Assembly (NCBI GenBank): GCA_050613775.1
Contig: JBODTK010000016.1
Location: 1,116,001 to 1,180,000 of the forward strand
DNA length: 64,000 nucleotides
Source of the DNA: Neocallimastix sp. 'constans'
Taxonomy: Eukaryota
Direction of reading: 5' to 3'
Positions 37,000 through 53,400 of this stretch are shown here, piece by piece. A program made the translations under genes and the position numbers. The notes beneath the pieces are model-generated. The model did not search any database. It was not told the DNA's origin and worked only from the letters and a program-made list of their open reading frames with translations. The first letter of the stretch is position 1; each line of letters starts with the position of its first letter.

Positions 37000-39150
37000 T
37001 TAATAATAGAACCAAAAGATTAATTATCAAAGAGGCTGAAAAAAATGATGCCAAATTGATTTTACTGATAAGTAAAAGTGTTGTCAAAAAAATCTTAAGG
37101 GAGATAAGTCGTCTAACTAGCAGATATCTTATTATAGAAAGACTCAAGGGAAAATACGGTAATAACGATGCTGATATAGAGTACTGGCTTAAAAGGCTCA
37201 GAAGTTTAAAGCCTAAGAATAAAAACAAAGTAATTAGAAAGTTAGGCCAAGCAAAGGAAATCTTCACAGAAATAGAGGAAATTGAATTAGCTATTGCAAA
37301 CAAAGAAAAATTAAAATAACTATATAATATTCTTACAGATGATTATAATAATATTTTTCAATTCGACTTGAACAGTAATCTAAATGAATACTTAGAAACT
37401 CTTAAAATAATTATCTTAGCAAGGACATATGTTGAAAATTGGAAAGAATCAAAGAAAAAGATGAAGATGGTGATCCTATGGACATTGATTACCTTAGTAT
37501 GAAGAAAAAAAACTCCAAAATTAAAGAAAAAGCCTTCTAACTTTAATATAATAAATATAGACATAAGAAGGATAATAAAAGTTATTGACGTATATGTAAT
37601 ATGAGCGGACATTTCAATCTCAAATACAAAGAAAATAATATTAAAAATCAGTATAATAATAACAAAAGAGGGCAAAACCAGTAAAAAAAAAAAAAAATCA
37701 CTAAATTATTTAGTAAACTCAAAGAATAATAATTATAACAATAAGAGTACTTTAAAATACACCAGAAATGAAGATCATCCTGATAGCGTCAGCAATTATA
37801 ATGAAATCTTTGATTTTGAAGATGAAAGAGCTTTAATATATCAAAGAAACCAAAATAATAATAATAATATAATAAAAAAATATAAATTTATTGGAGGTGA
37901 TTTCAAATAATAACTTGCATAATCATGATTTTGATGACATAAATAATAAATCTATTGATTATATAAATTATAACAATGAAATAACAGATGATGTGAGATG
38001 GTTTTATGATACAGGTGCGGGGAACATGTAAAAAATGATAAATCTTTACTTGTTAAATTCAAATATGAATCAATAAAGTTGTGTTGTACAAATGGCGATT
38101 TGACAATGTGAAGGATATGGAACTTACGAACATTTCATTAATAAACAATATATTAAGCTTGAAAAAGTTTTAATTTCTAAAAATGTTCAAAAAAATTTTA
38201 TTAGTGGTACAGAACTTTCAAAATCAATATTTATTTCATTAATTTGATTCTTCTGATGGAGAAAAAGAAAGATTAAAATAATGGAATAAGAATAAAAATA
38301 ATCAAGGTATCTTCTTATCATCTAAATATAATCAATTTCCCATCAAAACACAAAATTTCTATAGTACTAAAACAATAAAAAATGATATAATACAAATAGG
38401 AAAATTAAAATGATAAAAATGATGGTTGAATTCTCAAAAAAAAAAAAAAAGCCGGAATATTTACTCTCAAGTCAAAGGCTGAAATCTAGATATAATAATG
38501 GAATTTTTTACATATTTAAATAATCAATTCAAGGATTATACAATAAAAATATTTATGTCTAATGAAGGAAAGAAATATAAAAGCAAAAAGATAAATAAAT
38601 ATTGTAAAAAAAATAGTATTAAAAAAGTGTATTCCCCTCCTTATTACCCAGAAATAAACGGAAAAGCTGAAAATATTAATATCACACTTAGAAATTCAGT
38701 AAAAACACTCATGTATTGGGATATATTATCAGAAAACTTTTGGAAATTTGCTGTAAAACACGCTTGTTATATATATATGATATGATTCCACATTCAGGAA
38801 ACAATAAATTAATTCCTAAAGAAGTATTTTATAATGAAATGGTAAATCTAAAGCATCAAAGGACTTTCAGTTGTGTATGCTACAGAGACCAAAATAATAA
38901 TTTCTGAAAAGATAATTTTAAAGAAATTAATTCAAATGAATAAATTAATTCAAATGAAATTAACAATTCGAGTGGAATTAATTTTTTACTCAATAATAAG
39001 AATGAAATTAACAATAATTAAACAAATAATTTTAAAAGATATTACATTTTTAAAACGAAAAATTAATAAAAATAATAATAATTCTCAGAAAAATGTCCTA
39101 CATAATAAAAATTTTACTGATAATAAAATTGAAAGTCCTAAATTGAAAAA
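37000..39150 (+). mobile_element. Ty1/Copia remnant (gag, protease, integrase)
   Basis: ERLKGKYG (gag-like), WFYDTGAG at about 37998 (protease), SPPYYPEINGKAE..FWKFAVKHACYIY..IPHS..RTFSCVC (integrase). Protease-then-integrase order fits Copia. Confidence 0.85.
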
Positions 39151-39245
39151 ATGATAACGAAACAAATTTACAAGATAAAAAGCTCCCAAAAGATCCTGGT
39201 GTTGAAAATATTCTTCCTGTTAACAAAAAAGGCAAAGAAAAAATC

Positions 39246-39960
<715 letters not shown>

Positions 39961-40742
39961 TACTTTAATATCAATATTATATTTATTATCTATTATTTAT
40001 TATCTATTATTTATTATCTATTATTTATTATCTATTACTTATTATTATCTATTATACATTATTTTTTATACATTATTCATTATACGTTATTCATTATACA
40101 TTATTTATTATTTATTTATTATACATTATTTATTTTATTATAATATTATTGAAATTTATTATACAAAATATTTAATTTTTTATAATAAGAAAAAGGGGTA
40201 CTAATTGGTAGGATAAAATTCTAATAAACTTCTTTTGATAACAAAATAGATAAATATTTTTTTTTCCTATAGGAGTTGATATTAGTTAATAAATGTCATA
40301 TAAAATGACCTGGATTTTTTTTTTTTAAAAAATATTTTTAAAATTTTTCATGATAAAGATGGTAAATTAATTGCCAATACAAATAATTCAACATTAATTA
40401 TATAGAAAATATACATAATAATATAATAAACATTTATTAACAATATACTGATAATATATTATAATTCAAGATCTTTTTATTAAAAAAAAAAAATAAAATA
40501 AAAGACTAAAGTGTTATCGTCTTACAAAAAAAAAAAAAACTATTTCAAAATTTTAAAACATTAGTTAAAAGAAATTTTAAGATTATTATTTTAAAATTTA
40601 ATAACTATTTATTAAATTATTTCAAGAATAACAGCAATTACAATAATAATAACAGAAATAGCTTCACAAACGTAATAATTATTCAATAATAAATTTAATA
40701 TTTTTAATTTTATATATTTCTAGTAATAGCTATATAAGGAAA

Positions 40743-41807
40743 ATGGTCAATATAGAAGGTGGTGAATATAAAAAATTAATAAAAGAAATCAAAAATAATA
40801 ATATTGGAAACGTAAAATCTATACTTGAAAATGCAAATAACTCTAAAATAAAAATAAACTTAAATGAAAAAGATGAAGATGGGTGGTATCCACTTTTATG
40901 GGCATGTGAAAAAGATAATATTGATATAATAAAATTACTTATTGACTATGCTTCTAAAAATAATATAGTTTTGGAATTGAATGAAAAACATAAAAATGGA
41001 TATTATCCTCTTTTCTGGGCTTGTAATGATAATATTGAAATAGTCAATTTACTTGATGATTACGCCAAAGCAAATAAAATTAAGTTAGAATATATACCAC
41101 TTGATTTTTTCAAAAATAGAGAATCCGAATTTAAAAAGGAAATAGACAAGGTAGTACAAAAAATAAATCAAGGTTCCAAATTGAAAAATGAAATTGCAGT
41201 TTTAGAAAAGTTTTGTGAAGATGAAGTTGAAATTTTCAGAGAGAAAGTCAATGAGATTTTTAAGAAATGGGTTTCCGAAGTACAAATTATTCATGAATCC
41301 AAAATTAAGGATATTATAAGCGCTGAAGATGAAGAAGTAAAAACCTTGCAAGAAAAGTTAGATCAATTATTAAATTCTTTACCCAACGTTCAGGAAAAGG
41401 TGAGAAAGAATTATGAACACCAAAGAAAAGAATTTGAAGAAAAAATAAAAAAATGTAAAGAGGAATCAACAATTACCCTTCAAATACCAGAAATGGTAAG
41501 CAAAGAACAAGTCGATGGAGTATTGGCCAATTTACTTGAGGAATTAAATGAAATAAAAGAAAAAGTTAAAAAGGATTCTAATAAGGTAGATAAACATATA
41601 GAGAGTGCGCTTAAACAAATCCAATTTATCTACACAGTCAATATCAAGGTATTAATAAGCAGTATGAAAAACGAATTTCATATTGATTTAGAGGACATCG
41701 CGTCCCAGTACAACGAGAAAGAAATTCAAATTAGAGAAGACTACGAAGCAGAAAAAACGGTATTGACAAAAATGATCGATGAAGTAATAAGTAATAATGA
41801 AGAGTAA
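40743..41807 (+). CDS. Ankyrin-repeat protein with long C-terminal coiled coil, 354 aa
   Basis: Repeats NEKDEDGWYPLLWACEKDNIDIIKLLIDYA and NEKHKNGYYPLFWAC..NIEIVNLL, followed by an E/K-rich helical tail; uninterrupted ORF. Confidence 0.8.
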   Translation: MVNIEGGEYKKLIKEIKNNNIGNVKSILENANNSKIKINLNEKDEDGWYPLLWACEKDNIDIIKLLIDYASKNNIVLELNEKHKNGYYPLFWACNDNIEIVNLLDDYAKANKIKLEYIPLDFFKNRESEFKKEIDKVVQKINQGSKLKNEIAVLEKFCEDEVEIFREKVNEIFKKWVSEVQIIHESKIKDIISAEDEEVKTLQEKLDQLLNSLPNVQEKVRKNYEHQRKEFEEKIKKCKEESTITLQIPEMVSKEQVDGVLANLLEELNEIKEKVKKDSNKVDKHIESALKQIQFIYTVNIKVLISSMKNEFHIDLEDIASQYNEKEIQIREDYEAEKTVLTKMIDEVISNNEE

Positions 41808-42506
41808 AGTAAAAAAAAAAAAAAAAAAAAAATAGAAAATAGAAAATAGAAAATAAAAAAATTTATATATACTTATAAAAGTAAAAAAATACATTATTAA
41901 AATAAAAATCATAATCATTAAAATGATTAAATAATTTAAACGTAGATTATTAAAAAAAAGATGTTATAAATACTGAATATATAATAGCACCTATGAATTA
42001 AATTATAATAATAATATATATAATATTTAGCATATTACATTGTAATAAATAAATATTTAATATTTTCTTAAATGTAGAAAGAAAAATAATATTAGTTAGC
42101 AAAAACATTTTATATATTATATGCCATTATCATAATAATAATAATAATATATATGTTGAATATTTTTAATATTTTTTTTTAAAAAATTTTAAAGGCCCAT
42201 AATTATTTACTAATTCAGTTATAATAATTTCAGTTTGAAATTTTTATTTCCTTGAAATATTGATAAATTTCAAAATATCAATATAATATTGTGTGATATA
42301 ATATTTGAAACTATAGTTATATTATTAATAATAGTTTCTATTTCTATTAATAATTCAATTATTTAAGATATATTATCCCTTTAATTATAAAATATCTAAC
42401 TATTTTTCTAAAGAAGTAAATTTTTTGAAATAACTTTTTAATTCCTTTAGAATTAAAAATTTTAAATATTTAAAATTTTGAAATTTTCTATCTCAAATAT
42501 ATATTT

Positions 42507-43898
<1,392 letters not shown>

Positions 43899-44099
43899 TA
43901 TATATTTCCATTGCTATTGAAAAAAAAAAATATACAATACTTTATAAAATATATAAGATTAAATATATATATTATTATATAAAAATAAAATAAAATTGTA
44001 AGAAATAAAATTTATGCTAATACAATGAAAATAAAGAGAAATTTTCAAAATAATTAAGGTATTATGATGCTAATTGAAATCATTTTTATAAAAAAATTT

Positions 44100-44490
44100 A
44101 ATAAAATAAAACAAAGAAGTAGCATCTGTAAAATAGAAAGTATTGTATTCATTAAATTCTTCCTTAAACCAAGAGAAATATCATCAGGAAATTCAATTTC
44201 CATTGATTCGTTGTGGGAAGAACGATTATTATTATTTGTATAAGATGTACTTGAAAAACTAGCAATAAAGGTTCACTTTTGCCATATCAGCTCGATGTTG
44301 ATTCTTTTGGTTGTGAAGATAATCGACTAGGCTAACAGTATACAGATCATTAAACTATGAATTAATTAATGAAAGTTATTTTAAATGTTTTGTTTCCTAT
44401 TTTGAATTGTAAAGCTAAAGTTTCACCAAGAAGGAATATCATTTTATAATAATACTTATCTTAATTAGAAGGCAGTAGCCTATATTACCT
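44100..44490 (-). mobile_element. Probable old fragment of the same non-LTR family
   Basis: Minus strand IFLLG...TKRINIELIWQK resembles TKSADVVPIWQR and TKNVDVVLIR of other copies; no clear tail. Confidence 0.35.
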
Positions 44491-44530
44491 TATTTATTAT
44501 AATATAATTTGATACAAAAATAAAAAAAAA

Positions 44531-44563
<33 letters not shown>

Positions 44564-44970
44564 AAAAACAAAAATAAAAATAAAAAAAAAAATAAAAAAA
44601 AAAAATAAAAAAAAATAAAAAAATAAAAAAAATAAAAATAAAAATAAAAATAAAAAAAAATAAAAATAAAAATAAAAAAAATAAAAATAAAAATAAAAAT
44701 AAAAAAAATAAAAATAAAAATAAAAATAAAATAAATAAATAAATAATAGTAATTTTATTAAACAAAGTTATAAAAAGGGTATCTTATGGATGAAGAAAAC
44801 AAGATATGTGAAAAATATTTTAATTTCTTCATCTTAAAGAGCATTATTTCATAATATGTACAATAAAATAATATTAAAAAGTAATAATATAAAATAAATA
44901 TATATGTTTTTTTTATTTTATTTTATTTTATTTTATTTTATTTTATTTTATTTATTTATTTATTTATTTA

Positions 44971-45004
<34 letters not shown>

Positions 45005-45312
45005 ATGTTATTTTTTATTTTTTATTTTATCCTTTTAATTGTATTTAATTATTATTATTATAATATTTCAGATAATATAAAAAAATTTTATTAAAACAAA
45101 AAATAATAATAATAATAATAATTATAATATAAATAAAAATAAAAATAAAGTATAAAAAATATTAATAATTATTGAATATTATTAACCTATTATATAAATA
45201 AAACTTACAAAAAATTAAAATATTACTAAAAAAAAAAAAAAAGGTAAAAAAAAAAACTAAAGATATATATAATAATGGTATTAACTTTTAAAAGCTTTTT
45301 TTTGTTTGTTTG

Positions 45313-45349
<37 letters not shown>

Positions 45350-45630
45350 TTTGTTTGTTTGTTTGGTTATATGTTTGTTCTGTTCGTTTTGTTTTATTTG
45401 GTTATATTATGTTTTGTTATATTCTGATTAATAAGAATTCTTCATCTTATTAATTTTAAGAATAATTATTATTATTTAACAATTAATTTATATAAATTAA
45501 TTAATTAGATTAGATTATTATTACTATTATTATTATTATTATTATTATTTAATAACCCTCTATAAATTAATTATATATATATATATATATTTATATTTTT
45601 TTTTTTTTTTTATTATTAATTATTATTAAT

Positions 45631-48418
45631 TTAATTATCTTCCTTGTATTCACCAAGAGCTTTATACATATTATCAATTTCAGTTTTGTATTTAAGATAA
45701 GCCTTATTTCTCTTTGTTTTGAAAGTTGGAGTTAAAAGACCATTTTCAATTGTGAATGGTTCTGAAATTAAACAAATTTCAGCTGGAATTTCAAAACCAT
45801 GTAATTTAGTTTCTTTTGCCATTTTCTTAATTTCATCCATGATCATATTCTTAACATCTTCACTCTTACATATATCTTCAAGAGTTGGGTCTTCCATACC
45901 AAATTTTTCCTTACATATTGGAGCAAGAACATCCTTATCTGGTACTACAATAGCCACTAGCTTAGAACATAATGAGGTACCGTAGACAAAGAGTTGGCTA
46001 ATATATTGGTTATCAAGTTTAGCTTCAATATTTTCTGGTGCAACATATTCACCCTGTTGTAATTTGAAAATATTCTTCTTACGATCAATAATTTTAAGAG
46101 CTTTATTTGGAAGAATAACACCAATATCACCAGTGTGGAACCAACCATCTATATACACTTCCTTTGTTTCTTCTTCATTTTTGTAATAACCAAGGGTAAC
46201 ATTAGATCCACGGAAACAAACTTCACCTCTTGGTTGATCATCACTTGGGTAATAATCCATTTCTGGAACAGCAACTAATTTAAGTTCCATTGATGGGAAA
46301 AGAGTACCAATATGATGACCATAAGGAGAGGTATAATCACCGACTAAAGTTAAAATACCACAAGCAGAAGTTTCTGTGGAACCGTAACCTTCAATAACAT
46401 TAACACCAAAGATAATTCTAAAGAATTCCATAACCTTACTCTCAATTGGAGCTGCAGCACTAAGAATTAATTTAAGATTATTACCTAAAAGAACTTGAAT
46501 TTTCTTGAAAACTAGTTTATCCCAAACAGTATCTCTAGATACACAACCCTTATCAAGAAGCTTTTTCTTTTGTTTGAAGGCAATGTTAAACATATTCTTA
46601 ACAACAAAATTAGATTTTTCAATAGTTTGATTGATAGTATCATAAATTCTTAATAAAACTCTTGGAACCGCTGGGAATACTACAGGTTGAACTTCTTGAA
46701 TATCTTTAACTAAATCCTTAGTTGCACCACTGAAGAAAGCAATTTTCATACCGTAACCAACCATAGCATGTGTAATACAACGTTCAAACATATGAGCCAA
46801 TGGAAGGTAACATAAATGAGTATCATCTTTAGTGAATTTTAATGGATCTGGCATAAGTTCAAAGAAAGCAGCATCAGTAGCAACCATATTTTTATGAGTA
46901 GTAATGACACCTTTAGGTTTACTGGTAGTACCTGAGGTATAGCAGATAGTACAAATATCATCAGCCTTTGGTGGAACATGTTCTTGGAAGTGTTCATTAC
47001 CATATTCAATATCTTGCTTAAATGTTCTAAGGGAAATACCTCTCTTTTCACATATTTCTTTGTGAGCTAAATCAATATCTTCTTCATCTTCAATAATAAT
47101 AATATGTTTAAGAATATTAAGATTTTCAGAAATTTCTAATAATCTACCAAGGAATTTAACAGAAGTAACAACCAATGATAATTCAGAATGTTCAACAATG
47201 TAGGCTAAAGCTTCCTTATCGAAAGTATCATACATTGGAACAGAAATAATAGAATAAGCGCTGCACGCTATATATAATATTATTATATGAATATATATAT
47301 TTATTTTAATAAATGCAAAATAAATAGATTAATAAATATTAAAATAACTTTATGATTAAAAAATTTTTTATTTATATATAAATAATTAATTTCTTCCTAT
47401 TATTCTTATTATAATTAAGTTATAATTTAAAACTATTAAATATTTTAATTTTCATAATATTTAATTATTAAATAGAAAAATTGAGTAATTATTTAATAAT
47501 ATAAACTAATGTACTTTAATAATTGAATGTAACCCCTAACTACTTTATTGTTATTTACCTTCATCGACTAGAAGCCATTCTGGACTGTTTTTTAAGTAAA
47601 TACCAACCATTTTTTGAGATTTTGGTTCAAATTTATAATAATCGACAAAAGCAGAACCTAAACCATTTCTCATTTGTTCAGCTTCAGCTATTTATTTAAA
47701 AATTTCAAATAAATAATATACATAATATTTGGATAAAAAAAAATATACTAAACATTAATATCATTTAATATAATTACTGTATTTAATATTAGATTATGTT
47801 TCATATTTCCTAAATATATATTTCAATTTTAATAACTATTTTTACAATAATAAACATAATATTTTAAATTTAAAAAAAAAAAAAAATTTTTTAAACTTTT
47901 ATTTACTATATTATATTTAATTATTACTATCTACAAAAATTATTTAAATTAATATTTTATAAATAATAAAAAAATAAATAAATAATAAAATTTAATTTTT
48001 ATAAATTAAAAATAAATATAATATTTATTTTATCTAATTATTTTTTATATGATTTCAATTTATAAATTGAATTAGGTATAAATTTTATCAATAATATTAA
48101 ATAATTAATTATGCTTGAAAAAAAAAAAAAAAAAAACTTACCAAAAGTAATATATTCATATGGTCCATTATCTTTTCCTCTCTTACCAAGGAATTTATCA
48201 CCAATGGTTTTACCAACTTCAAACATTTCATAGATAGTACTAGCAGAATAGTTTTCATCAACATAACCTGGACATCCTTTTTTTGAAACTGTAGTAAGTG
48301 GAGTACCTTCTGGAGTAAGTTTATTTCTGTAAATATCAGACTCGTTTGGATTATCGTTCTTAATGACAACTGCTTGGTCATTAATTTCTTCAATTGGTCT
48401 ATCTGGAATCATTTTCAA
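45631..48418 (-). CDS. Long-chain fatty acyl-CoA synthetase (ACSL/FAA family); 3 exons (48418-48142, 47687-47559, 47267-45631), ~680 aa
   Basis: YTSGTTSKPKGV, YLPLAHMFE, EGYGSTE, GWFHTGDIG, IIDRKKNIFKLQQGEYVAPENIE, NGLLTPTFK. Confidence 0.95.
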
Positions 48419-49045
48419 ATATTTTTTTTATTCTTTATATACACTTTAAATTTATTTTTTATGTATATTAATTAAAGTTAATATTTATATATATATTAGT
48501 TTATTAAAAGTTCGTTACTTTGTTTTTTCATACAAAAAAAAAACTTTCTTTTTTTCTTTTTTATTATAATAATTTTTGTTTTATTTTTATTGTTATTATG
48601 AATTTTCTTATTGTTCTAATTATTTATTATTATTATTATATACTAATTTGATTATTTAATTATTATCTCGTTATTTTTTTTCTTTTAAGATATTATTATA
48701 TAAAAAAAAAAAATTTTGGATATATCATATAAATGAATTGAAAATAAATATATGATGTATATATATTGTAAACTCTTAACGAAGACTACAACAATAAAAA
48801 AAGAAATATATATATATATATAAAAAGGGAAAATAAGTTAAAGAAAAAAAAATATTTTATAAAAAAAGTATATAAATATAAATAAAAAAAAAAATACACA
48901 AAAAGAAAATTTAAAGAAAAACAAAAATATAAAATATAAATATATAAAAAAAAATTAACTTTTATAGCTATTTAAAAAAAATTGAAAGGAAATATCAAAT
49001 TATATTATATATATAAATTATTAAACATTAAATTATTTATTATTC

Positions 49046-49077
<32 letters not shown>

Positions 49078-52000
49078 TTCATAAAATAGATAATATTCAG
49101 TAAAAATTATTTTTTTCTATATTATTGTATTATTAATAAAATGGAAAAATTACATAATATATATATGCACAATAAACTAACAACATACTCCATTATATTT
49201 ATGAATGGAAATATTTTATATATCAATATATTTAATAATTAATTTCTAATAGTTATTTATTTATTAAAAGTAAATTAATAAATAAGAATTATATTTTTAA
49301 TAATATATGTTAAAATTATTGCTTTAATTTTTTATACCCCATCTAATTGTTTTTTATATAAACTATCTAATATATTATAATGTATTTATTATTATATGTA
49401 TAAATAACAAATAAGCATTATTTTTTTTTATATTTTTATTAATCATTATTTATTATTTATTATTTATTATTTATTATTTATTATTTATTATTTATTATTT
49501 ATTATTTATTATTATTTATTATTTATTATTTATTATTTATTATTTATTATTTATTATTTATTATTTATTATTATGATTTTAATAAGAAATATTTTTATTG
49601 TTCTACAACAATTATTTATTAAAATTTATTAAAAGCACAAAAAATAAATATATTTAAAAAGAAATTATTAAATGTAAAGAAAAATATTTAAATTATAAAA
49701 AAGTAATTAATTCGAAAGTAGAAAAATATATATTTATTAATTATATCATAGAATTACAAATAAACTTCAATATAAGGAGTTTTATAAGAATATTCATAAA
49801 GATATTTCAAATATATTACTAGTTCTTTACTTTATAATTAAAATTTTTAAATATACATGTAATCTAAATCCTATGTCTTTGTTTAGGTTGATATATATAA
49901 TAAATTTGTTTGATTTTTAAATTTTTTTTTAATATATTACAAAATATGCATTTTCTATATGTAAAGAATAAAATTTTTATTATGAAGTACTTTAGCTAAA
50001 TTTTTTTAAATTTTTATTTATAATTTCTATCATACAAAAGATTATTTCATTGAGTATAACTTATATTTATAATATATATGTTATTTAGTATTTTTTCTTT
50101 ATAAAGAAAGTATATATATAAATACATCTTTATTAACAAAAATAAAAATCAAAATAAGCAAGGAAAAAAAAAAAATTTTAGATTACACAAATATATAGAT
50201 CATATTAAAATAAGAAAAGTTCATTGAAAAATTAATTAAAAATTAAAAAAAAACATTTAAATAATTTATTAATAAATTTATAGTTTTTAAATTTATTAAA
50301 AAAATATTTTTGTTTATTATTGCTGTTATATATAAAGTGAATTATACATATATTATTCCACATATATATCAAATTTACTTTAATTATATATAATTATATT
50401 AAATTTGTTTTATTGATACTATAATCTTTTTTAAATTGTAAGAATTCTATAAACTTTATATATATTATTTTCTTATTAGCAAAAAAAAAAACCCCAAAAA
50501 CTTTTCATTTGAAATTTTAATAAAATCTTAATTATAAAAAGTAACCAATAAAATATATTAATATAACCTACAATTTATTTAAAGTTTTTGGGTGGGACAA
50601 AAATATGAACTTTATTTAATAATAAATATGAAATAGATAAAAAAGCTATTTTTTACGATGATTTTAAATTAAAATCATAAAAATAAAAAAAATTAAATTT
50701 TTAATGCATATAGCAATATATAATAATAAACGAATATAATTTAATTTATATTAAATTATTTATATGTTTGATGTGGATTGACTCTAGCATAAAAGATACT
50801 AACTATAATAGGAAAAGTAATAAATTATAATAAATAAATGGAATTGCTAAGTATAATAATTACATTTATTATTACATATTACATAATAAATAATTACATA
50901 TTTTTTATAATTATGATATTATGATATACACATGGAGTTATTAATATTAAAATACATATCATATCATAATTTGTTTTAAAATTTCCCTTCTTCTAAAAAA
51001 AAAAAAAAATAAAATAAAAAATAAATAAATAAATAAAAATAAAAAAATAAATGTAAAAAAATAATAAATTTGTAGTTCCATCATTCAAAAATTTAAACCA
51101 TATATATGCATATAATGATACTTTTTATATTCAATTATATATTTCATATTTCAACATATTTAATTATTAAAAGTAAAACTGATTATATATGGTTCTATTT
51201 TTTCAGTTTTAAAATGAATTAATAAAGATTAATTTAAATTAGAAACATTTATATTTATATTTTTACAAAAGCTTTACATTTATAATATATTTATATATAT
51301 TGTGATATATAAAGATAGCATATAATAAAATATATTGTGTTTATTTTTAACTATTTTATCAATTATATAATAATAGATAAAATAGTTATCTATTGAAACT
51401 TATATTAATAATTTATTAGTACAAAAATAATAAAATAAAATAAAATCATATTTAAATGAAAATTAAATTTAAATTTTCAACTTTCACATGAATAATCATT
51501 TCTTTAAAATAAAATCAAATATTGAACCTTAATTAGGTATAATTAATTTAATAAAAAAAACTATTTAATTAATAATTATTATATAAATTTACTATGAATA
51601 AAGTTTTAATTCATCTTTAGTGGATACTCAAAAAAAAAAGTATTTTTATTTTTATATTTTTTATAGATTTTATATATATATATATATATTTTTTAACCCA
51701 TATATCTTTTATTTTAGAGTTAGTTATAAAAATGAATATTTAACTTAATTATAAGAGGCTTAATTGTTTATATTAATTGCTAATTTATCTAAATTGATAA
51801 AATTACTTATAAAATATTTTTATAACAAAAGTCTATTAATATAAAGAACGAATTCTTCTAAATTATAATGATTCATGAATAGCAATTTCAATTTTTTTTT
51901 TTTTTTTTTGTAAAGCTATGTATTATTTACACATTAATGCGGTTATAACTGAAATATTATTTCATTTATTAAAAAAATACAATTATATGCATTAACAATA

Positions 52001-52210
52001 TTGTTAAAATATTGATTATTTACAAATGAATAATATTAATAAACCATGAAATAATTTATTATATATAAAATGTAATGCATTTATATTAAAGTAAATATGT
52101 ACTTAAAATTGCTTAAATTCTTAAATTATATACTATTATTGGTATTTACTTAAATCATACTTTAAATTATAATGAATAATTAAAAAAGTACAAATTATTT
52201 TATAAAGTAA

Positions 52211-52218
52211 CTTCCCTG

Positions 52219-52266
<48 letters not shown>
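52211..52266 (+). mobile_element. Minimal non-LTR insertion: 11 nt of element 3' end plus A45 between 13-bp direct repeats
   Basis: CTTCCCTGTCT is identical to the terminus of the 24389-24884 copy. TTTTATAAAGTAA at 52198-52210 and 52267-52279. Confidence 0.7.
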
Positions 52267-52270
<4 letters not shown>

Positions 52271-53000
52271 ATAAAGTAAAAATAAATAGAATAAATTATT
52301 TTATAAAAGTATAAATAAATAGTATAAATTACTTTATAAAGTAAAAATAGTAAAAATAAAAAAGTATTTAAACATGAGAATAAAAACTTTAAAATTTGGT
52401 GATATTCATAATTAAAAATTTTTTGTTATAGATAATTAATTATTTTAATAAAATTTTCATAAATAAGTAAAAAATTTAATTTAAACTATAAAGTTTTAAA
52501 TTAAAATAATTATAAAACTGATAAACTTTAATGAGATTTTCAATTTTAAATTTTTTAAATTTTTTATATTTTTTGAATTTCAAGGAATATATTTATATAT
52601 ATATATTTTTATAATGGATTAATAATTATAAAAATAGTTTATTGAGTATTTTCTTTTTTTTATATTTGTTTTTAAATTAATTATTAATTATTCTTTTTAA
52701 ATACTATCATTATTATATTATATTTAATATTATATATATTATATTTATTATTATTAATATTAATATTAATTTTATTTTTTATTAATATTATATTATTAGT
52801 ATTAGTATTAATATTAATTTTATTCATATTATTACTATTATTATTATAATAACTATTATTATATTTATTATTATTATTTTTATATTATTATATTTATTAT
52901 TGATATAACTTTTTTTAAATGATATTTTATGTAGAACTTATATCACATGATTTAAGCTGTTATATATATACAAGTTACACAAAATATTTAAAAAAATGTA

Positions 53001-53046
53001 AACATAAATTTATACAACATAAATTTATGTTGTATAAATTTATGTT
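53001..53046. repeat. Perfect 46-bp palindrome
   Basis: AACATAAATTTATACAACATAAA followed directly by TTTATGTTGTATAAATTTATGTT. Confidence 0.9.
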
Positions 53047-53119
53047 GTATTGTTTATCTAGTATATTTTCAATAAAACTTTCCTGAGATATTACATAACT
53101 ATTATTTTGTTTTTCTACT

Positions 53120-53400
53120 TTAAGCTATAGTATATTCGATTGATAACAATTTGATATTTTGAATTTTCTTTTAATTTTTAATATTATATCTTTGATGTAT
53201 TTTATTTTTCCAGCAATAATCATATCATCAATGTAAAATCCATATACAATTAGTTCTATTATATATTGTATGTTTGAATATTCATTGACTTTTATTTGCC
53301 TAAAATTATTATTAATTGAAAATTTTCTTATAGTTTCATAACGTTGTCTTCCTGATTGCTTAAGACCATATAAATCTTAGTAAAGTTTCAGATATTCCCT
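53120..53400 (-). mobile_element. Ty1/Copia reverse transcriptase fragment
   Basis: LYGLKQSGRQ and GFYIDDMIIAG (YVDD-type motif) on the minus strand. Confidence 0.85.

Noticed and set aside
36941..37675. Hydrophobic minus-strand ORFs
   Set aside because: Antisense to the Copia gag remnant.
45719..47051. Small ORFs overlapping the acyl-CoA synthetase
   Set aside because: Shadow frames of a conserved gene.
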